Made by a program: the position numbers and the translations under genes
Assembly: GCA_913775595.1 (NCBI GenBank)
Contig: CAJYLB010000001.1
Location: forward strand, 62,001 to 126,000
From: an uncultured Aquiluna sp.
GTDB lineage: Bacteria; Actinomycetota; Actinomycetes; Actinomycetales; Microbacteriaceae
Length of the DNA stretch: 64,000 nt
Direction of reading: 5' to 3'
In this document: one piece after another, positions 22,463 through 32,869 of the stretch
How the letters are laid out: every line of letters begins with the position of its first letter
Position numbering within the stretch: position 1 is the stretch's first letter
Notes under the pieces: generated by a model
The model's database searches: none
What the model saw: the letters and a program-made list of their open reading frames with translations, nothing else
What the model was told of the DNA's origin: nothing

Positions 22463-24264
22463 GTCTCTACGGAACAAACGATGAAGAGCGCACCGACCTC
22501 ACCAAAGAGGAATCTAGGTTTGTGCGTGCCCGCTCGAGGAGGCTCCTCGGTTCGCTCCTAGCGCCGATGAAGCTCAGGCTTATCCTGGCAATTTTCTTGG
22601 GTGTCATCTCGACGGGTATCAGGGTTGCCGGCCCAGCGTTGATCGCGCTGGGGATTGACTGGGCCCTCCCTAGGGCAATCATGCGCGAATACAACGAGCT
22701 CTGGATTGTGGTTGGACTGTATTTGTCTGCAGCGTTGATGACGTCGATTCTCACCTACTACTTCCTAATGATCACCGCCAGGCTTGCGCAGAGCGTGATT
22801 TTCGACCTTCGAAATCGAATGTTTGTGCACACTCAGAAGCTGTCGGTTGAGTTCCACGAGCGGTACACAGCGGGCAGGGTGATCGCCCGCCAGACCTCGG
22901 ACCTGGAGTCAATTGCAGAGCTATTGGCCGGCGGCCTAAATGAGCTAGCGATCGGTGCAATGTTCATGTTCTTCACCGCGGTTGCCCTTTTGCTTTTGGA
23001 TCCGGTGTCATTCCTCGTGTTGTTTGGTGCACTCCTTCCGCTTGCTCTCCTTACACGCTGGTTCCAGGTGAAGACCAACCGCGGCTATCGCAAACAGCGC
23101 GTTGCATCATCTCGGATGATCCAGTTTTTTGTGGAGTCGATGACCGGCATTCTTGCCGTGAAGGCCTTCCGCAAGGAAAAGCGAAATGAAAAGCACTTTG
23201 GAGGCTTGGTTGAGGATTATCGCGGGCACAATGCCCACCTGATTCAGCTCTTTGGTATCTATGACCCGGGCCTAATTCTTATCGGCAACGCCACGGTTGC
23301 GGCCGTGCTTTTGGTGGGTGGCTACCGAGTCCTGGAGGGTTCTCTCGGAATTGGGGTTCTCACGGCTGCAATTTTGTATGCAAGACGGTTCTTTGACCCC
23401 ATGGAAGAGATCGCCATCTTCTATAACTCCTACCAGTCAGCTGCCAGTGCACTCGAGAAGATCTCGGGAGTGCTGGAGGAGGAGCCCTCCGTTCCAGAGT
23501 CTGAGAACCCTGTTCAATTTGAGAACTCAAGGGGTCAGGTGCATTTCAATGGGGTCGAGTTCAGCTATTCGACTGGACCGGTAGTCCTGCATAAGTTCGA
23601 CCTTGAGATCCCCGCGGGTCAGACCATAGCCCTTGTCGGCACCACGGGTGCTGGAAAGTCAACCCTTGCAAAGCTCATTTCAAGGTTTTATGACCCGACG
23701 CTCGGCACAGTCACGATTGACGGGGTGGATGTGAGGGACATCGCCAACAAGGACCTAAGGCGTGAGGTCGTGATGGTTACCCAGGAGGCCTACCTATTCT
23801 CCGGAACCGTTGCCGAGAATATTCAACTGGGAAGACCCGGAGCATCGATTGAGGATGTTATGGAGGCCGCTAAGGCTGTTGGCGCTCACGAATTCATCAT
23901 GAATCTTCCAGAGGGTTATGAGACCGACGTCAATAAGCGTGGCGGAAGAGTATCGGCTGGGCAGCGTCAGCTAATCTCATTTGCTCGGGCCTTCCTCGCG
24001 AACCCAGCGGTATTGATTTTGGACGAGGCAACCTCCTCGCTGGACATCCCCTCAGAGCGGATGGTCCAGAGGGGACTAAAGACCCTGCTTGCCGGCAGGA
24101 CTGCGGTAATCATTGCTCACCGGCTTTCGACTGTCTCCATCGCCGATCGAGTGCTTGTTATGGAGCACGGTCGGGTAATCGAAGATGATGCTCCGCAGGT
24201 GCTGGCCGCGGGGACAGGTAAGTTTGCCAAGCTCTACAAAGCCTGGAGAGATTCTCTGGTTTAG
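22459..24264 (+). CDS. ABC exporter (TMD+NBD), second subunit of a heterodimer
   Basis: Walker A GTTGAGKS, degenerate signature VSAGQ, Walker B ILDE, IAHRLST; 4-nt overlap with its partner. Confidence 0.92.
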   Translation: MSLYGTNDEERTDLTKEESRFVRARSRRLLGSLLAPMKLRLILAIFLGVISTGIRVAGPALIALGIDWALPRAIMREYNELWIVVGLYLSAALMTSILTYYFLMITARLAQSVIFDLRNRMFVHTQKLSVEFHERYTAGRVIARQTSDLESIAELLAGGLNELAIGAMFMFFTAVALLLLDPVSFLVLFGALLPLALLTRWFQVKTNRGYRKQRVASSRMIQFFVESMTGILAVKAFRKEKRNEKHFGGLVEDYRGHNAHLIQLFGIYDPGLILIGNATVAAVLLVGGYRVLEGSLGIGVLTAAILYARRFFDPMEEIAIFYNSYQSAASALEKISGVLEEEPSVPESENPVQFENSRGQVHFNGVEFSYSTGPVVLHKFDLEIPAGQTIALVGTTGAGKSTLAKLISRFYDPTLGTVTIDGVDVRDIANKDLRREVVMVTQEAYLFSGTVAENIQLGRPGASIEDVMEAAKAVGAHEFIMNLPEGYETDVNKRGGRVSAGQRQLISFARAFLANPAVLILDEATSSLDIPSERMVQRGLKTLLAGRTAVIIAHRLSTVSIADRVLVMEHGRVIEDDAPQVLAAGTGKFAKLYKAWRDSLV

Positions 24265-25697
24265 TCGACCTGGTCAGTAACCAGAAGCGCTATCGCGCTC
24301 ATCGCCGGCATTGTTGCTGAGAGATTTCCATCCGAGATCGTGTGGGTCTCGCCATCGATGAGGTTCATGTACTCACCGTCTGGAAGAGTTGTCGCAACGC
24401 TCACGGCCATCTCTTGGGTGTCAAAGACATTGGTGATGAAGTAGCCAACTCCTTCCCTGGCGAAGCCGTAAACCCCCCGCTCCCGGTACTTCTCAACTAC
24501 GGGAGCATCCCCGGCTTTGTCTCGGAAGCCAATCATGTTGAGGGTTGACTGCCAGCGATGCTGGCAGATCCACTCGTCTGCCTTGTATTCGGTTTTTGGT
24601 GACGTCGTGCTGGAGCAGTCCACCGCACCAACGCCTTTGACCGTCTCGTAAGGTCCTGCGTCCCTCGAGCGGAATGCGTAGGAGGAGTAGAGCATTGGTT
24701 GTCCGTAGTCCTCGGCCAGCATCATTGCGGTTGCAAGTTCGAAGTAGCGGGAGTCGTTGTAGTTCAGGGTCTCGCCATTGCGTTCGGTGTCATGGTTTGA
24801 AACGAAAGAAACGGTCTGGTTGCTTGGCGTGAAGTCGCGAAACCTAATTGCCGAAGCTGCAGGAGTAATGACCTCCCCCTTGAAGTAGCTGCGCATATTC
24901 CTCGCGTAGTCAAACTCCCAAACCTCGCCTGAGTTTAGGTATTGCTCAGGCTGCACTGGCTCACCCCCTCCCCGAATCACCTCGTGGATGATGCGGGTTT
25001 CCTCCGGGAGCTGATCCACAATCTGCTTGAGGTCGCTCGCAGCCATGTGCTTGGCAGCGTCGATTCTGAAGCCAGCTACTCCTAGGGAAAGAAGATCGTT
25101 TAGGTAAAGCAGTATCTGCTGCTGGACATTTTCAAGTTTTTGGTTCAGGTCGCTTAGCCCCAATAGCTCGCAAGTCTGTACCTGCGCCAGGTCTTTGTAG
25201 CTATTGATGGAGTCATCTGGCGTGAGGTTGCAGTTGTGGAAGTCCGCACGAGTGTAGAGGCCTTCGTACTCGTATTTTGTGAACTCGGTGCCGGCATAGC
25301 CGGTTCCCGAGGTCTGAGCGGTCATGTGGTTGATGACTGCGTCAGCGATTATTTCAACGCCGTTGTCTGCGCACGTGTCGACCATGTTTGCAAACTGCTC
25401 GCGGTTGCCCAGGCGAGACTCGATTTTGTAGCTAACAGGCTGGTAAACCGTCCACCAGGCCGCGCCGGTGATGTGCTCTTGCGGCGGTGAGGTAAGCACC
25501 CAATCCACACCGGAATCCCCCAAAAACTCGCATTCTTTCGCAATGGAGTCCCACGGCCACATGAATAGCTGCACGCCGATCAGAGATTCGTAGCGATTAT
25601 CTATCTCAGGCACTACTTGCTCTTCTTGGATGCTTGAACAGCCCGCGAGGGAGAGCGAAAAAGTGACCGCGGCAGCCAGGGCAGAGATAGAGCGCAC
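24261..25697 (-). CDS. Alpha-amylase (GH13), lipoprotein
   Basis: Lipobox [38 protein letters not shown] (nucleophile), HEVI (acid/base), FVSNHD, WICQHRW. Confidence 0.92.
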   Translation of the reverse strand: MRSISALAAAVTFSLSLAGCSSIQEEQVVPEIDNRYESLIGVQLFMWPWDSIAKECEFLGDSGVDWVLTSPPQEHITGAAWWTVYQPVSYKIESRLGNREQFANMVDTCADNGVEIIADAVINHMTAQTSGTGYAGTEFTKYEYEGLYTRADFHNCNLTPDDSINSYKDLAQVQTCELLGLSDLNQKLENVQQQILLYLNDLLSLGVAGFRIDAAKHMAASDLKQIVDQLPEETRIIHEVIRGGGEPVQPEQYLNSGEVWEFDYARNMRSYFKGEVITPAASAIRFRDFTPSNQTVSFVSNHDTERNGETLNYNDSRYFELATAMMLAEDYGQPMLYSSYAFRSRDAGPYETVKGVGAVDCSSTTSPKTEYKADEWICQHRWQSTLNMIGFRDKAGDAPVVEKYRERGVYGFAREGVGYFITNVFDTQEMAVSVATTLPDGEYMNLIDGETHTISDGNLSATMPAMSAIALLVTDQVD

Positions 25698-25792
25698 ATA
25701 TCAATGGTAGGTGATGGCCGGGTAGCGAGGGTTTCGCGCCTGCTGTGGAGAACTCTCAGCAGGAAAACGAAGACGGCCTTAGCTTTTGCGGC

Positions 25793-27985
25793 ATGAAAAA
25801 GCACTCACTACTAATGATTTCTCTTCTCGTCTCGTTCTTTTTGGTGCCCGTGCAGGCTCAGGGGGAGCCAATCTGCGAGGGCAGCGAATGCAGCGTCAGT
25901 TTCAGCTACACAGGTGAAATGCAGACCTGGCAGGTTCCAGACGGTGCCGTAAATCTCAGGTTTGAAATCTACGGGGCATCTGGAGCTCGCGGGGGAGGAG
26001 GAGGTTTAGTCACTGGTTCGCTTGTTGCCATCCCCTCCACTCTTTACTTATTTGTGGGAGGCCAGGGAACTGAGGGCGCAAATGCGCCCGGAGGATTCAA
26101 CGGCGGTGGCGCAGCCGGTGGAAATCGTGGCAATGAGGGATCTGGAGGCGGAGCGACCGACATCAGAATCGGGCTTGCGCTTCAGGATCGGATAGTTGTC
26201 GCAGGAGGAGGAGGTGGTGCGGGAGGCTACGCTGGGGCCGCTGGCGGCGCTGGAGGCGGTCTAGTGGGTGACTCTGGAGGCTCAGGTCAAGGCGGCGGCG
26301 GTGAAGGTGGCACCGAGAGTGCGGGTGGAAATCCTGGCTACTCAAACGGTGGCTCCGCGGCGTCTGCTGGGAATTTTGGAACCGGAGGTACAGGCGGCAC
26401 TAGCTGGAACGCTGGGGGCGGCGGCGGAGGTGGCGGCTGGTATGGCGGCGGCGGTGGCGGTGCCGACGACGACTCCTGTTGTTCAGATGCAGGCGGTGGC
26501 GGCGGAGGTTCCTCCTATGCCGCCACCCAATACACCGACAGCATCGAGCATCAAAGAGGAGTCCGCACCGGCGATGGCCTAATCGTTCTCTCCTACTCAA
26601 TCCCCGCCCAGGTGCTCAGCTTTTCGGGCCAGCAGGTTGACGCATTGACAACAATTTTTTCTCTGGAGCTTTCGCAGGCAATCTCGGGACTTGACACTGA
26701 TGACTTCGCACTGATTGGTGCGGGATGTGCGATTTCAGGAATCGAACCAGCAGACACTATCGCTGAGATCACCGTGACAGGCTGTGCAGACGGAGAGGTT
26801 GAGCTGGTTCTTCGAGCACTTTCAATTGGTGACAACAATTCGGCACCTCTTGAAGAGGTGGTCGCAAGCGCAACAGTAGATGCAACACCCCCTGAGTTTG
26901 CATGGTTAAGCCAGGGAGCGCTTTTGGCGCAGAATGAGCTAACTGCCCAGTTCAGCGTTTCAGACTCTCTCATGCTTGCCACCAGTGACTTTGAGGTTGT
27001 CGGTTGTTCTGATGTCGAGCTAGTTCTGTCCACCGTAGTTGCCTCCGGTTGTGAAGAGGGAGAGATTGTGTTGAGCCTGCTCCCTGGTGTGCTGTCTGAT
27101 ACTTATGGAAACACCGGTCCCTCGAGCAGGATCTCCATAGCTTTCAATGTTGATACTCAGCCCCCAGATGCGGCCTGGCTGGACGTCGCGATCACGGGAG
27201 AAGGGCCCTTTGAGTACTCGGCGGTGTTGGTGCCAAGCGACCTAGAGTTGTTTGACCCGGCCGTAGTGGTTTTCGAAAGTGATCAAGACTGTCTCGAAGA
27301 GAGTGAGCGGGTTGATGGTGGTTGGGCATTCCGAGCCGTTTGCGATTACGCCGCTGGAAAGTGGACGCTGCCCGCCCTTTCGATGTTGGATCTTGCAGGT
27401 AATCAGGGACCGCTCTTGGAGAAATCGATTGAATTTCTATACGAGCCTCAGCCACAAGAGGTCGAGCCGCCCGCTGATCCGGTCGCGCCAGTAGCCCAAC
27501 CCATCCAGCCAGCACCGCCCTCAGACGTCGCTGCGGATTCCCCCGTCACTCAACAAGATCCCATCGAAGAGGAGTCCAGTGAGGAGCTATTAGAGGATGG
27601 TCAGACTGAGGTAATCGACGAGGCATTGGAAGTTGAGCTGATCCAAGAAGTTATTGAGGAGGTCGAGGCTGCACCGCTTCCAACAAGCTCGCCGAGCCCT
27701 CAGCCAATCGAACCTGAAGTCAGCCCCGAAACTTTCGAGAGCGGCCTCGCGCCAAGCGAGGAGAGTACGCCAGATCCGATTGCTCAAGAGTCCGAGGAGC
27801 AGGATCCGATGGATGAGCCCCTGACTGCGCCCGCTCAGCCTCAACTGGACGGAGAGCAGCTTGCCTTGCCAGTATCCAATTCAGAAAACACTGAAGAGCC
27901 AGTCGGCATGAGTCTGGTCGGGCTGCTTTGGCTCTTGCTCTTAGCCGGAGGCGGTTTTGTCGCGTGGAGGCTTAGCGGAAGATGA
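25793..27985 (+). CDS. Secreted/membrane-anchored protein: ALK/LTK-type glycine-rich domain, Ig-like repeats, Pro/Glu-rich stalk, C-terminal TM
   Basis: Signal peptide MKKHSLL...VQA; FSYTGEMQTWQVP..EIYGASG, GGFNGGG, GGGATDIR, RIVVAGGGGG, GGGWYGGG, GGGGSSY; beta-rich repeats ending DATPP/DTQPP; LVGLLWLLLLAGGGFVAWR. Start set at ATG 25793. Confidence 0.75.
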   Translation: MKKHSLLMISLLVSFFLVPVQAQGEPICEGSECSVSFSYTGEMQTWQVPDGAVNLRFEIYGASGARGGGGGLVTGSLVAIPSTLYLFVGGQGTEGANAPGGFNGGGAAGGNRGNEGSGGGATDIRIGLALQDRIVVAGGGGGAGGYAGAAGGAGGGLVGDSGGSGQGGGGEGGTESAGGNPGYSNGGSAASAGNFGTGGTGGTSWNAGGGGGGGGWYGGGGGGADDDSCCSDAGGGGGGSSYAATQYTDSIEHQRGVRTGDGLIVLSYSIPAQVLSFSGQQVDALTTIFSLELSQAISGLDTDDFALIGAGCAISGIEPADTIAEITVTGCADGEVELVLRALSIGDNNSAPLEEVVASATVDATPPEFAWLSQGALLAQNELTAQFSVSDSLMLATSDFEVVGCSDVELVLSTVVASGCEEGEIVLSLLPGVLSDTYGNTGPSSRISIAFNVDTQPPDAAWLDVAITGEGPFEYSAVLVPSDLELFDPAVVVFESDQDCLEESERVDGGWAFRAVCDYAAGKWTLPALSMLDLAGNQGPLLEKSIEFLYEPQPQEVEPPADPVAPVAQPIQPAPPSDVAADSPVTQQDPIEEESSEELLEDGQTEVIDEALEVELIQEVIEEVEAAPLPTSSPSPQPIEPEVSPETFESGLAPSEESTPDPIAQESEEQDPMDEPLTAPAQPQLDGEQLALPVSNSENTEEPVGMSLVGLLWLLLLAGGGFVAWRLSGR

Positions 27986-28826
27986 TTGTCCGCTGGCCAT
28001 CCAAGAGAACTCGATGTTCAGCAAACCAAGTTATGGCTTGAGTGAGCGTCCTGGACTCAGCATCCTGGCCAATCTGAACGAGCTTGCTCTTTGAATCGCT
28101 GTGCTCAACTCGGGTCACGTTCTGTTCGATAATCGGGCCCTCGTCGAGATCTCGAGTCACAAAATGGGCGGTAGCGCCAATCAGCTTCACTCCCCGCGCG
28201 TGAGCTTGGGCGTAGGGGTTGGCGCCTTTGAATCCCGGCAGGAATGAATGGTGGATATTGATGATTCTTCCGGCAAACTCCTCACAGAACTCTGGCGAGA
28301 GGATCTGCATGAATCGTGCCAAAACGATTAGCTCAACATCCTTTTCTGCAATGAATTCGCGTAACCGATTCTCAAAGAGCTCCTTGTCGGTGCTACTTGA
28401 TATCTCGTGATGCTCGAACCCTGCCCCATAGAAATTGGCCATTGGCTCAAGGTCTGGGTGGTTTGCGAAAACACCTGCAATTTCAATAGGAAGTTGACCT
28501 GAGCGGTGGCGGAAGAGGACATCATTTAGGCAGTGTCCAGCCTTGGAGGCAAGCAGAACCGTACGCATTGGACGGCCCACATAGTCGAGCACATACTCCA
28601 GCTTGAAATCGCCAATTATCTTTTCAATTTGCTTCTCAAAGTCCGCCTTGGAGATGTCTGCTTCAATCTGCAGGCGCATGAAGAAACGGCCAGTGTCCTC
28701 TGAGGTGAACTGCTGGCTCTCTGTGATGTTGCCGCCAGCTTCAACGACCGCTCCGGAGATAGCGTGAACAATACCCGGCTGATCGGGGCAGACAAATGTG
28801 AGTACCCAGTGCTCTTTTTCAATCAC
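27972..28826 (-). CDS. purU: Formyltetrahydrofolate deformylase
   Basis: ACT domain CPDQPGIVHA, FFMR, LARFMQILS, INIHHSFLPGFKGANPY, LDEGPIIEQ. Start GTG 28826 (ORF track start 28910 overlaps glyA). Confidence 0.96.
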   Translation of the reverse strand: MIEKEHWVLTFVCPDQPGIVHAISGAVVEAGGNITESQQFTSEDTGRFFMRLQIEADISKADFEKQIEKIIGDFKLEYVLDYVGRPMRTVLLASKAGHCLNDVLFRHRSGQLPIEIAGVFANHPDLEPMANFYGAGFEHHEISSSTDKELFENRLREFIAEKDVELIVLARFMQILSPEFCEEFAGRIINIHHSFLPGFKGANPYAQAHARGVKLIGATAHFVTRDLDEGPIIEQNVTRVEHSDSKSKLVQIGQDAESRTLTQAITWFAEHRVLLDGQRTIIFR

Positions 28827-28887
28827 AGGCTCAATCCTATTGAGCGAGCCGCGGCTATCAGCTGGTAGGGGCTTGTAAACTTGGGGG

Positions 28888-30165
28888 ATGCCACTAGCCG
28901 AAAACCACAATGCACCCCTTTCAGAGGTAGACCCTGAGATTGCGGCTGTGCTCCAGCAGGAGCTTGATCGCCAGCGGGGAACCCTAGAGATGATCGCAAG
29001 CGAGAACTTCGTTTCCAGAGCAATTTTGCAAACTCAGGGTTCAGTTCTCACCAACAAGTACGCCGAGGGCTACCCCGGCAAGCGCTACTACGGGGGCTGT
29101 GAAGCGGTAGATGTCGCGGAGAATCTTGCCCGCGACAGGGCTAAAGAGCTCTACGGCGCCGAGCACGCGAATGTTCAGCCGCACTCCGGTGCTACCGCGA
29201 ATGCAGCGTTGATGATGGCACTGGCAAAGCCGGGAGATCGTATTCTCGGCCTGAGCCTGGCACATGGAGGCCACCTCACTCACGGTATGAAACTGAACTT
29301 CTCAGGCCAGATGTATGAGGCGCACGCCTATGAACTTCATCCTGATACTTACCTTGTGGATATGGACATGGTCCGCGAGCGGGCCCTGGAGACCCGACCT
29401 GAGGTACTTATTGCGGGATGGTCTGCATATTCCCGCCACCTAGATTTTGCAGCGTTTAGATCAATTGCTGACGAAGTCGGCGCCAAGCTTTGGGTCGACA
29501 TGGCCCACTTCTCCGGACTAGTTGCCGGCAAGGTTCACCCCTCGCCAGTGCCATACGCAGATGTTGTCTCCTCAACCGTCCACAAGACACTTGCAGGACC
29601 CAGATCGGGCATGGTCCTTTGCAAGCAGGAATGGGCGAAGAAGATCGACTCGGGCGTGTTCCCAGGCCAGCAGGGTGGACCCTTGATGCACGTGATTGCG
29701 GGTAAGGCTGTTGCCTACAAGGCAGCAATGTCACCAGCTTTCCAGGAGCAGCAGCAGAGGACCATCGATGGCGCGAGAGTCATAGCTGACAGGTTGACTC
29801 AGCCTGACATGAAGGCAGAGGGCGTTAGTGTCCTCACCGGCGGTACTGATGTCCACCTTGTGCTGGTTGACCTCCGGGATGCAGCTATCGACGGTCAGAG
29901 CGCTGAAAACATCCTCCACGAGGCGGGTGTGACTGTGAACAAGAATTCGGTACCTAACGACCCGAGACCCCCGATGGTCACATCCGGCATCAGGATTGGA
30001 ACTGCCGCTCTTGCCACACGTGGATTTGGCGTGGAGCAGTTCACCGAGGTTGGAGACATCATTGCCTCTGCACTGAAGCAAGGTGCAGACCTTCCGAGTC
30101 TTCGTGCAAGAGTCAACAAGCTGACCGAGGCGTTCCCTCTCTACGAGGGTCTCGAGAACTGGTAA
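28888..30165 (+). CDS. glyA: Serine hydroxymethyltransferase
   Basis: [40 protein letters not shown] (PLP Lys), FPGQQGGP. Confidence 0.98.
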   Translation: MPLAENHNAPLSEVDPEIAAVLQQELDRQRGTLEMIASENFVSRAILQTQGSVLTNKYAEGYPGKRYYGGCEAVDVAENLARDRAKELYGAEHANVQPHSGATANAALMMALAKPGDRILGLSLAHGGHLTHGMKLNFSGQMYEAHAYELHPDTYLVDMDMVRERALETRPEVLIAGWSAYSRHLDFAAFRSIADEVGAKLWVDMAHFSGLVAGKVHPSPVPYADVVSSTVHKTLAGPRSGMVLCKQEWAKKIDSGVFPGQQGGPLMHVIAGKAVAYKAAMSPAFQEQQQRTIDGARVIADRLTQPDMKAEGVSVLTGGTDVHLVLVDLRDAAIDGQSAENILHEAGVTVNKNSVPNDPRPPMVTSGIRIGTAALATRGFGVEQFTEVGDIIASALKQGADLPSLRARVNKLTEAFPLYEGLENW

Positions 30166-30169
30166 TTCT

Positions 30170-31024
30170 TTGACGGCAATCGCGCTTGACGGCCTCGCAA
30201 CCGCAGCCCAAATCAAGAAAGAGCTGACGGCTGAAGTCGAAGAGCTTCGTAAACAGGGAAAAAGGCCTGGTCTTGGCACACTCCTGGTAGGAGACGATCC
30301 CGGTTCACACTCCTATGTTGGAGGAAAGCACCGTGATTGCGCAGAAGTTGGCATCGAGTCAATTCGGATTGACTTACCAGCAACTGCAACCGAAGCCGAT
30401 GTTCGTGCTGCGATTGCAGATCTCAATTCTTCTGACGATGTCACTGGCTACATCGTTCAGCTCCCGCTGCCGTATGGAATGGGAGCAAATCAAATGCTTG
30501 AGCTGATTGATCCCAAAAAAGATGCCGACGGCCTGCACCCAGAGAACCTCGGCAAGCTGGTGATGAATTCATCAGGCAAGTTCGAGTCTCCGCTGCCTTG
30601 CACACCGGCCGGCATTGTTGAGCTCTTGCGCCGCTATGAAGTTCCAACCAGGGGTAGAGAGGTGGCCGTTCTTGGTCGAGGCCTGACGGTCGGTAGACCA
30701 CTTGGGCTCTTGCTAACAACGCGAGGCGTCGATGCAACACCAACTCTTCTCCACAGCGCTAGTGAAGACATCCCCGCTGCAATCAGGCGGGCCGACATAG
30801 TTGTCGCGGCGATTGGCTCACATCACTTTGTGAAGCCGGAGTGGGTCAAGTCAGGTGCTGCTGTGCTTGACGTTGGAATTAGCAGGGTCGAAGGAAAGCT
30901 TGTGGGAGATGTAGACCCTGGTGTATCGCAGGTCGCAGGCCACCTCTCACCAAATCCTGGTGGAGTAGGCCCGATGACCAGGGCAATGCTTTTGAAAAAC
31001 GTCGTCGAAATGGCGCGAGCCTAG
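30170..31024 (+). CDS. folD: Methylenetetrahydrofolate dehydrogenase/cyclohydrolase
   Basis: [37 protein letters not shown]. Confidence 0.97.
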   Translation: MTAIALDGLATAAQIKKELTAEVEELRKQGKRPGLGTLLVGDDPGSHSYVGGKHRDCAEVGIESIRIDLPATATEADVRAAIADLNSSDDVTGYIVQLPLPYGMGANQMLELIDPKKDADGLHPENLGKLVMNSSGKFESPLPCTPAGIVELLRRYEVPTRGREVAVLGRGLTVGRPLGLLLTTRGVDATPTLLHSASEDIPAAIRRADIVVAAIGSHHFVKPEWVKSGAAVLDVGISRVEGKLVGDVDPGVSQVAGHLSPNPGGVGPMTRAMLLKNVVEMARA

Positions 31025-31521
31025 CTCTCACCAAAACCTTCAAGCGCACTGAATCGAGGGTCAATTGGGTCCTCGTGAGAGTGCTCAGGATCCTCTTCCA
31101 TTCTGAAGCCGCAGCGAGAGCAGAGCCCTGCGCAGTTTTCATCGCAGAGCGGCTTTATTGGCAAGGCCGGCACAACAGAGTCAATCAGAGCCTGTTCTAA
31201 ATCAATGCGGTCTTGCTCAACGACAAAATCATCTTCTTGCTCAGGTCGGTAGAGAAATAACTCCTGAACCTCGATATCTATCTCGCTTTTCACCTCATCG
31301 AGGCAGCGCGAACAAACACCTTCAGTCTGTGCCGAGAACTCTGCAGTTGCGAGAATCCCCTCGTGGACAGATTCCAGTCGGGTTGGAATCCTGAGCTCGG
31401 CTCCGGCGGGAATTCCCATTACCTCGGTTCCGATTTCCTCAGTGAGAGTGTGTTCAAGGACAACTTCTTTCATGTTTCCAGGCTTGTGAATCAGCTCCTT
31501 GAGCTGAACTACCAGGCTCAC
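31021..31521 (-). CDS. DUF177/YceD-family metal-binding protein
   Basis: [28 protein letters not shown]. Confidence 0.9.
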   Translation of the reverse strand: MSLVVQLKELIHKPGNMKEVVLEHTLTEEIGTEVMGIPAGAELRIPTRLESVHEGILATAEFSAQTEGVCSRCLDEVKSEIDIEVQELFLYRPEQEDDFVVEQDRIDLEQALIDSVVPALPIKPLCDENCAGLCSRCGFRMEEDPEHSHEDPIDPRFSALEGFGES

Positions 31522-32006
31522 TTGCCTAGCCTCTCAATGAGCGCCTGATTAACTGGCTTGGGAACATGGGCTGATACGTCCCCTCCAAGGGAGGCAACCT
31601 CTCTTACAAGGGAAGAGGAAATGTGTGAGTAGGCGGGCTCTGTGGCGAAGAAGAATGTCTCGATGCCTGCTAGGTCGCGGTTCATGTTCGCAAACTGCAG
31701 CTCATATTCCAAGTCTGCAGCAGTTCTCAGACCCTTGATAATCGCATCGGCACCATTGGTTTTGGCGTGAGTGGCGAGCAAACCTCCGTCAAGAAGTGAA
31801 ACCTGAACACCGGTGAGCCCCGCCTCAGCGAGTGACTGCTTCCAGAGCTCGACTCTCTCGTTGCCATCGAACAATGCTTTTTTGTTCGGATTGTGCACAA
31901 CGACAATCTCAAGTTCGTCCATAACCCCTGATGCCCTCCGGGCAACGGATAGGTGACCGAGCGTCGGGGGGTCAAATGATCCTGGGTAGATTGCTTTCTT
32001 TGCCAC
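31518..32006 (-). CDS. coaD: Pantetheine-phosphate adenylyltransferase
   Basis: YPGSFDPPTLGH, IKGLR..D..YE...A.MN, ISSSLVREVA. Confidence 0.97.
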   Translation of the reverse strand: MAKKAIYPGSFDPPTLGHLSVARRASGVMDELEIVVVHNPNKKALFDGNERVELWKQSLAEAGLTGVQVSLLDGGLLATHAKTNGADAIIKGLRTAADLEYELQFANMNRDLAGIETFFFATEPAYSHISSSLVREVASLGGDVSAHVPKPVNQALIERLGK

Positions 32007-32036
32007 GGCTTAAGGTTAGCTGCAATTGAGTTGAAG

Positions 32037-32861
32037 TCAGAACTGGCTTCTTATGGCCCACAAATCTGGAAATACAGGATTAAAGAGCGTTGAGGCTAGA
32101 TAACCGGCTCCGCTTGATCCGCCAGTTCCCAGCTTCCTGCCGATGGTTCGCTCAACCATTTTCACGTGGCGATAGCGCCACTCCTGTAGCCCTTCGTCGA
32201 GATCCACCATGGCCTCGCCAACCATTGCGGCTTCTGGGTCACTGCGGTGGATTTCCACCAACACTTTTTGAACCGCATCACTTTCTAGCCAAGGCTCAGT
32301 GATGTCTCTGTTGAGCGCATCTTGTGGAAGAGGCATTCGGCCGTTGAAGTAGCGCATGGCCGAGTCCCACATCGATGGTCTCTGCATTGCACTTTCCACC
32401 CGCTCCCTCGCGGGCGAACCGGGGATCAGGTGTTCCGCCATTCCCATGCCAGAGCTCTTGTCAGCATCTTTACCTGCCTGATCCCTACGACCCAGGACAG
32501 CCTCTAGCTCCCTAAACTGGGCAGACTGAAATCCGGATGCTGAGCTCAGCCGCGCCCTAAACGAGTTGAACTGAAGCGGAGTCATTGTTTCGAGAATGTC
32601 GAGTTGAGAGACGCAAGTTTTCATGATGGTGCGCATACGACCGAGCAGCGCGAGGGAGCGATGGGTGTCGCCAGCCTCAAGAGCCGCTTGCAGAGCGGTT
32701 GCTTCATGGAGGAGCTGCTTGAACCACAGCTCGTAGACCTGATGGATGGTGATGAAGAGCAGCTCATCGTGCTCTGGACCATCGCTTAGGGGCTCTTGGA
32801 GCTCTAGGAGCTCATCGACCTTCAAATACGAGATGTAGGTTACATGCTTATCGTGAGTCAT
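32037..32861 (-). CDS. kynA: Tryptophan 2,3-dioxygenase
   Basis: YISYL, HDELLFITIHQVYELWFKQ, SGFQSAQFR, WRYRH.KMVERTIG..GTGGSSG. Confidence 0.95.
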   Translation of the reverse strand: MTHDKHVTYISYLKVDELLELQEPLSDGPEHDELLFITIHQVYELWFKQLLHEATALQAALEAGDTHRSLALLGRMRTIMKTCVSQLDILETMTPLQFNSFRARLSSASGFQSAQFRELEAVLGRRDQAGKDADKSSGMGMAEHLIPGSPARERVESAMQRPSMWDSAMRYFNGRMPLPQDALNRDITEPWLESDAVQKVLVEIHRSDPEAAMVGEAMVDLDEGLQEWRYRHVKMVERTIGRKLGTGGSSGAGYLASTLFNPVFPDLWAIRSQF

Positions 32862-32869
32862 TTTTTTCC

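Noticed and set aside
26090..26515. GGC/GGT/GGA-rich repetitive DNA as a tandem repeat or CRISPR-like array
   Set aside because: It is explained by polyglycine coding with varied synonymous codons; there is no fixed repeat-spacer periodicity.
27860..27985. Sortase (LPXTG) anchor in the Gly-rich protein
   Set aside because: Only LPVSN is present, about 10 residues before the TM segment; treated as a simple C-terminal membrane anchor.
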